DNA of 40,322 nt from a candidate division WOR-3 bacterium (GTDB lineage Bacteria; Hydrothermota; Tepidihabitantia; SM23-42; JAOAFX01), in NCBI GenBank assembly GCA_039802265.1, contig JBDRWI010000015.1:1-40322 (forward strand), read 5' to 3'. The notes beneath the pieces were generated by a model. The model had not been told where the DNA came from, did not search any database, and saw nothing but the letters and a program-made list of their open reading frames with translations. The translations under genes and the position numbers were made by a program. Shown piece after piece: positions 36,940 to 40,322 of this stretch; the stretch's first letter is position 1, and each line of letters starts with the position of its first letter.

Positions 36940-38207
36940 ACAGCTCCGTCTAAAACTTCGCCCAGAGATTCAATAAATTTTTCTTTTGTATAATATTTCA
37001 AAAATCGTTCCCGGCTCTTTTGCCCCATTCTTTTGCGTAGTTCAGTATTTTCTAACAACTGTATTATTTTCTGTGCAATCTGCTCTGGATTTTGTTTTTC
37101 AATAATAAAACCATTTTCTCCATCAATAACCATCTCTTTGATACAACCCATATTTGTGGCGATAATCGGCAAACCCGCAGCCATTGCCTCTATTATTACC
37201 CACGGTTGACCTTCATATCGATAATAAGTGGGAAAGACCAGAATATCAGCGGATAGCAATAACTCTTTCTTTTTTTCTTTATCCACCATGCCAATAAATT
37301 TAATAAAATGAGAAAGGTTTTGGGTGTTGATATAATCGAAAACTTCTTTTTTAACTCTTTCATCTTCGTGGAATTCACCGGCAAAGATGAACTGGATATA
37401 AGATTCACCCTCACCCTCCCCCTCTCCCATCAAGGGCGAGGGAATATTATTTTTTATAATTATGGGGATTGATTTTATTACATCAAAGAAGCCTTTGGAA
37501 AGCATCAGGTTTGAGAGGAATAAAATTTTGAACCCGGATAACTGGGTAATTGGGTAATTAAGTAATTGAGGAATTGAGTTTGATTGGTTTAAAGGGTTTA
37601 GTGCATAGTGCTTAGTGCGAGGTGCATAGTCAAGTTCTGCCTCGGTAATGTAGTTTTTATCGATTCCATTAGGGACAACGGCGATATTTTCTGATGGGAC
37701 TAGCCCTTCAAAGATATATCTTAGAGACTTACCAAGCACAATTGCCCGCGAAACTAATTTAAGCGAATTTCTTATTACAAGTTTTACGAATGGAGTGCTT
37801 TTTTCATATAATTCACGGAAATAGCCACCGCGCAGATGGATAATTACTCTTGCACCTAAGACCTTTGAAAGCAAAATAAATATAGCATCCCGGAAATAAC
37901 CAAGCACGGTTTGACTTATTGGTAAATAAACAATCCGGGGAGAATGTCTAATCAAATATAATGGCAATTTAAGAATGTGATATGTTGCAAGAGAAATATT
38001 ACGAAAGTCTAATTTGCCAATATGAGTGACGCTCCGGTGGTCAGAGGTGTCAAAATGAACTAAATTAAACCAGGTCTTTAATTCCGATTCCATTATCATC
38101 TCTGTGGCAACTGCCGGACCGATGTAGGGTGGGGGAAGGGGACCGAGTATAAGAATGGTCGTAGAGCGACGGAATAGACCCGAGGGTCGGCTTTGGTTTA
38201 TATCCAT
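36936..38207 (-). CDS. Glycosyltransferase family 4
   Basis: GPLPPP, VPNG, FLSNL...KG, EGQPWVIIEAMAAGLP, DGENG. Confidence 0.9.
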   Translation of the reverse strand: MDINQSRPSGLFRRSTTILILGPLPPPYIGPAVATEMIMESELKTWFNLVHFDTSDHRSVTHIGKLDFRNISLATYHILKLPLYLIRHSPRIVYLPISQTVLGYFRDAIFILLSKVLGARVIIHLRGGYFRELYEKSTPFVKLVIRNSLKLVSRAIVLGKSLRYIFEGLVPSENIAVVPNGIDKNYITEAELDYAPRTKHYALNPLNQSNSIPQLLNYPITQLSGFKILFLSNLMLSKGFFDVIKSIPIIIKNNIPSPLMGEGEGEGESYIQFIFAGEFHEDERVKKEVFDYINTQNLSHFIKFIGMVDKEKKKELLLSADILVFPTYYRYEGQPWVIIEAMAAGLPIIATNMGCIKEMVIDGENGFIIEKQNPEQIAQKIIQLLENTELRKRMGQKSRERFLKYYTKEKFIESLGEVLDGAV

Positions 38208-38326
38208 AAACGGCTACGGCTCTTACGAGCGGGTAAAGATGGTTGTGAACAACGGTTTTGGTTCATACTAATGAACGGGTTTGGCACTTCGTGCGGACAA
38301 AAGACAGCTGTGCAATCGGAATTGGT

Positions 38327-38731
38327 TCATTTTTGATGAACGGTTTTGGTGCTACGCACGGTTTTTAGCCAACGGATTGACTTTTTTAAGCGTGACAACA
38401 GAATACGGACCTTGATGATACGGTTCAAATAATGCTTGTAGGTTTTATCGTCAATATAATTGTTATTTTTAGCCTCTATCAAATGGTTTTCTGTTTCATC
38501 ATTCGATGTTATTGCCATTTCATAGTAATGATGTTTCTCTTTCAAAGACGACTTCCGAAATCCTTCGGCTATTTGAGATGGCACTGCACGAGATGAGCGA
38601 ATAATTTGGTCGCCAAGTCTATATTTTTCTTCCTTTGGGAATAATGGAACCAATTTGATAGCAATTTCCTTTGCAAGTTCACTTGCAACCCGCCAAACAA
38701 CCAAATCTCTAAATGTATTTATTTTTGCCAT
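38327..38731 (-). CDS. Four-helix-bundle protein (23S rRNA intervening-sequence protein family)
   Basis: FRDLVVW, FPKEEKYRLGDQIIRSSRAVPSQIAEGF; likely start ATG 38731. Confidence 0.88.
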   Translation of the reverse strand: MAKINTFRDLVVWRVASELAKEIAIKLVPLFPKEEKYRLGDQIIRSSRAVPSQIAEGFRKSSLKEKHHYYEMAITSNDETENHLIEAKNNNYIDDKTYKHYLNRIIKVRILLSRLKKSIRWLKTVRSTKTVHQK

Positions 38732-38764
38732 ATTATTTAGCCGTTGAAGACTCAATACCGTTTA

Positions 38765-40099
38765 TCAAAATACCTTTTTATCAATACCGCAAGAATCTTT
38801 TCTTGCTTTTTGTTCTGAGAGAACAAAACCAACAATCCCCCACAAAAGCCATTGGAATGCCGGATAGAATAACGGATAAGAGCCGATAGCCGAAGTCAAA
38901 TACATAATTATCACAAATATCCCGGTCAGGAATACCGGGTCTTTGTTTTTAATGTAATTGCGCACTATAAGATAAATACTCTGGAGGAGAAGTAATATAA
39001 AAACAATTAAACCAATAATTCCATTATGCCACAGGATTCTTAAATAATCATTCTCGGGATTTTTGGGAGATTTTTCTGCCCCTAATAATTTATTTATAAA
39101 TGGCATATTATTAAATTCATACATCCCTCCTTTCCATCTTCTATATCTACCCATAAATAGTGTATCAGGCTCCCATTTATTATTTCTCAGAATTAAAATA
39201 TCTATCTCTTTACGGAATAGACTACCTGCCTCACTTCGGAATGGGTTCAATGAAATAAATAAAATAACACCCACAACCACAAGTAATGCAGGGATGAATT
39301 TCTTTCTCAATATAAACCATAAGAATAATATCACCGGAAGCGTAATCCAGCCACCTTTTGTATAAGATTTGTAGATGATGAAGATACTGATAGCGATTAA
39401 AAGGTAAAGCATAGTCGTTGTGAGCGTTTGAAATGTTAGGTTCGATTCATTAGTTTTATTAGTTTGATTGGTCCTATTAGTTTTATTGGTTTCTACAAGT
39501 AAGGGAAGGGCGCAGATGATTAACTGTAAACCATAGAATGGAAAGTGAAAGAAATCGTGGTAAGGTCCTTTTATTCGAGTAAGTTCGTCTGAAATGCCAG
39601 CAACCGATGTTCGCGGAATCTTAGAAAATACCTCAAATAACCAGATTAAAATACAGATAATTGCCGGATAAATAAAGATTGATAAAACAAATTTTTTATC
39701 TTTTTCAAAATCAAAAATATTGAAAAAAAGAATCAAAGTTATGAAGCCGGTTAATACCCTTAGAAAATATTCAAATTTATCAAGCAAATTCCTTTCTGAT
39801 ATAATGAAGATGCTAATAAAATTTAAAATGAGGAAGATTAACCAGGGTAAACCAATCGGGCAATCAAGGATTTTGATACGCTCCTTGAGAATATAGGCTA
39901 TCCCCAGAATCACAAAAACCGCGGTATAAATTTTCAAAAAATTGATATTAAAAATAATATAATAATTCCAGGTAAGGTCAATTATTGGTTTGGCGATAAT
40001 CAATCCCGCAATTGCCCAGCGGGGGTATTTAAAAAAGGCGAATGCGAAAAAGATTAAACCGATAAATGCAGGAATGAAAATTTCAGGAATAATATTCAT
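38765..40099 (-). CDS. O-antigen ligase/polymerase (Wzy_C-like) membrane protein
   Basis: Multiple TM helices; SYTKGGW, GRYRRW, PENDYLRILWHNGIIG. Confidence 0.8.
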   Translation of the reverse strand: MNIIPEIFIPAFIGLIFFAFAFFKYPRWAIAGLIIAKPIIDLTWNYYIIFNINFLKIYTAVFVILGIAYILKERIKILDCPIGLPWLIFLILNFISIFIISERNLLDKFEYFLRVLTGFITLILFFNIFDFEKDKKFVLSIFIYPAIICILIWLFEVFSKIPRTSVAGISDELTRIKGPYHDFFHFPFYGLQLIICALPLLVETNKTNRTNQTNKTNESNLTFQTLTTTMLYLLIAISIFIIYKSYTKGGWITLPVILFLWFILRKKFIPALLVVVGVILFISLNPFRSEAGSLFRKEIDILILRNNKWEPDTLFMGRYRRWKGGMYEFNNMPFINKLLGAEKSPKNPENDYLRILWHNGIIGLIVFILLLLQSIYLIVRNYIKNKDPVFLTGIFVIIMYLTSAIGSYPLFYPAFQWLLWGIVGFVLSEQKARKDSCGIDKKVF

Positions 40100-40140
40100 C
40101 TATATATACTAACTTGTAGTATCAAACAAACTGCAAAATG

Positions 40141-40322
40141 TCAGTTTTGAATAACATCTTTGATAACCAAAGTTACCCTTTCCTTTTTTGCAATCTGTAT
40201 CATTGCCTCGGTGAAACCACTTTTGCTGAATAGACAATAAAATTCATTACGCCTTCCTTTACCCCAGATAACTTTTTTTGCTTTTGTTCTTAAGTCTTCA
40301 TATACATCTACCCCAACCGGTT
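40141..40322 (-). CDS. 3' end of an archaeal-type ATPase with DUF234 C-terminal domain (partial)
   Basis: Manual translation PVGVDVYEDLRTKAKKVIW...YCLFSKSGFTEAM...VIQN*; FSKSGF motif. Confidence 0.7.
   Translation of the reverse strand, partial: PVGVDVYEDLRTKAKKVIWGKGRRNEFYCLFSKSGFTEAMIQIAKKERVTLVIKDVIQN

Noticed and set aside
1..40322. tRNA, rRNA, CRISPR arrays, integrases
   Set aside because: None recognised by eye; covariance-model scans were not possible

Overview
AT-rich bacterial chromosome segment. Secreted proteins with a C-terminal sorting-type domain, very short signal peptides and the gene mix suggest an FCB-related or WOR-3-like uncultured lineage; this is inference only. From left to right: two paralogous secreted proteins (one truncated), a divergent HTH-TPR-BTAD regulator, pepA, a beta-barrel-like protein, an Rsm22-like methyltransferase, a heterodimeric ABC exporter, a CapA-family protein, a lipoprotein, a four-gene operon (14714-18998), sucCD, rlmN, GTP-PEPCK, and the 3' part of a minus-strand surface-polysaccharide cluster interrupted by an AbiE type IV toxin-antitoxin pair and four-helix-bundle genes. 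The standout is the 14.7-19.0 kb operon. A 502-aa single-pass membrane protein ends in a 10-Cys/9-His (CHSA)n tail and is translationally coupled to a radical SAM/SPASM enzyme with a PqqD/RRE-like N-terminus, which suggests a membrane-tethered RiPP-like precursor or protein-tail modification system. The window also holds many REP-like palindromes and 7-9 bp tandem repeats that sit in frame inside coding sequences, and sigma70-like promoters with mostly 16-bp spacers, several apparently leaderless.
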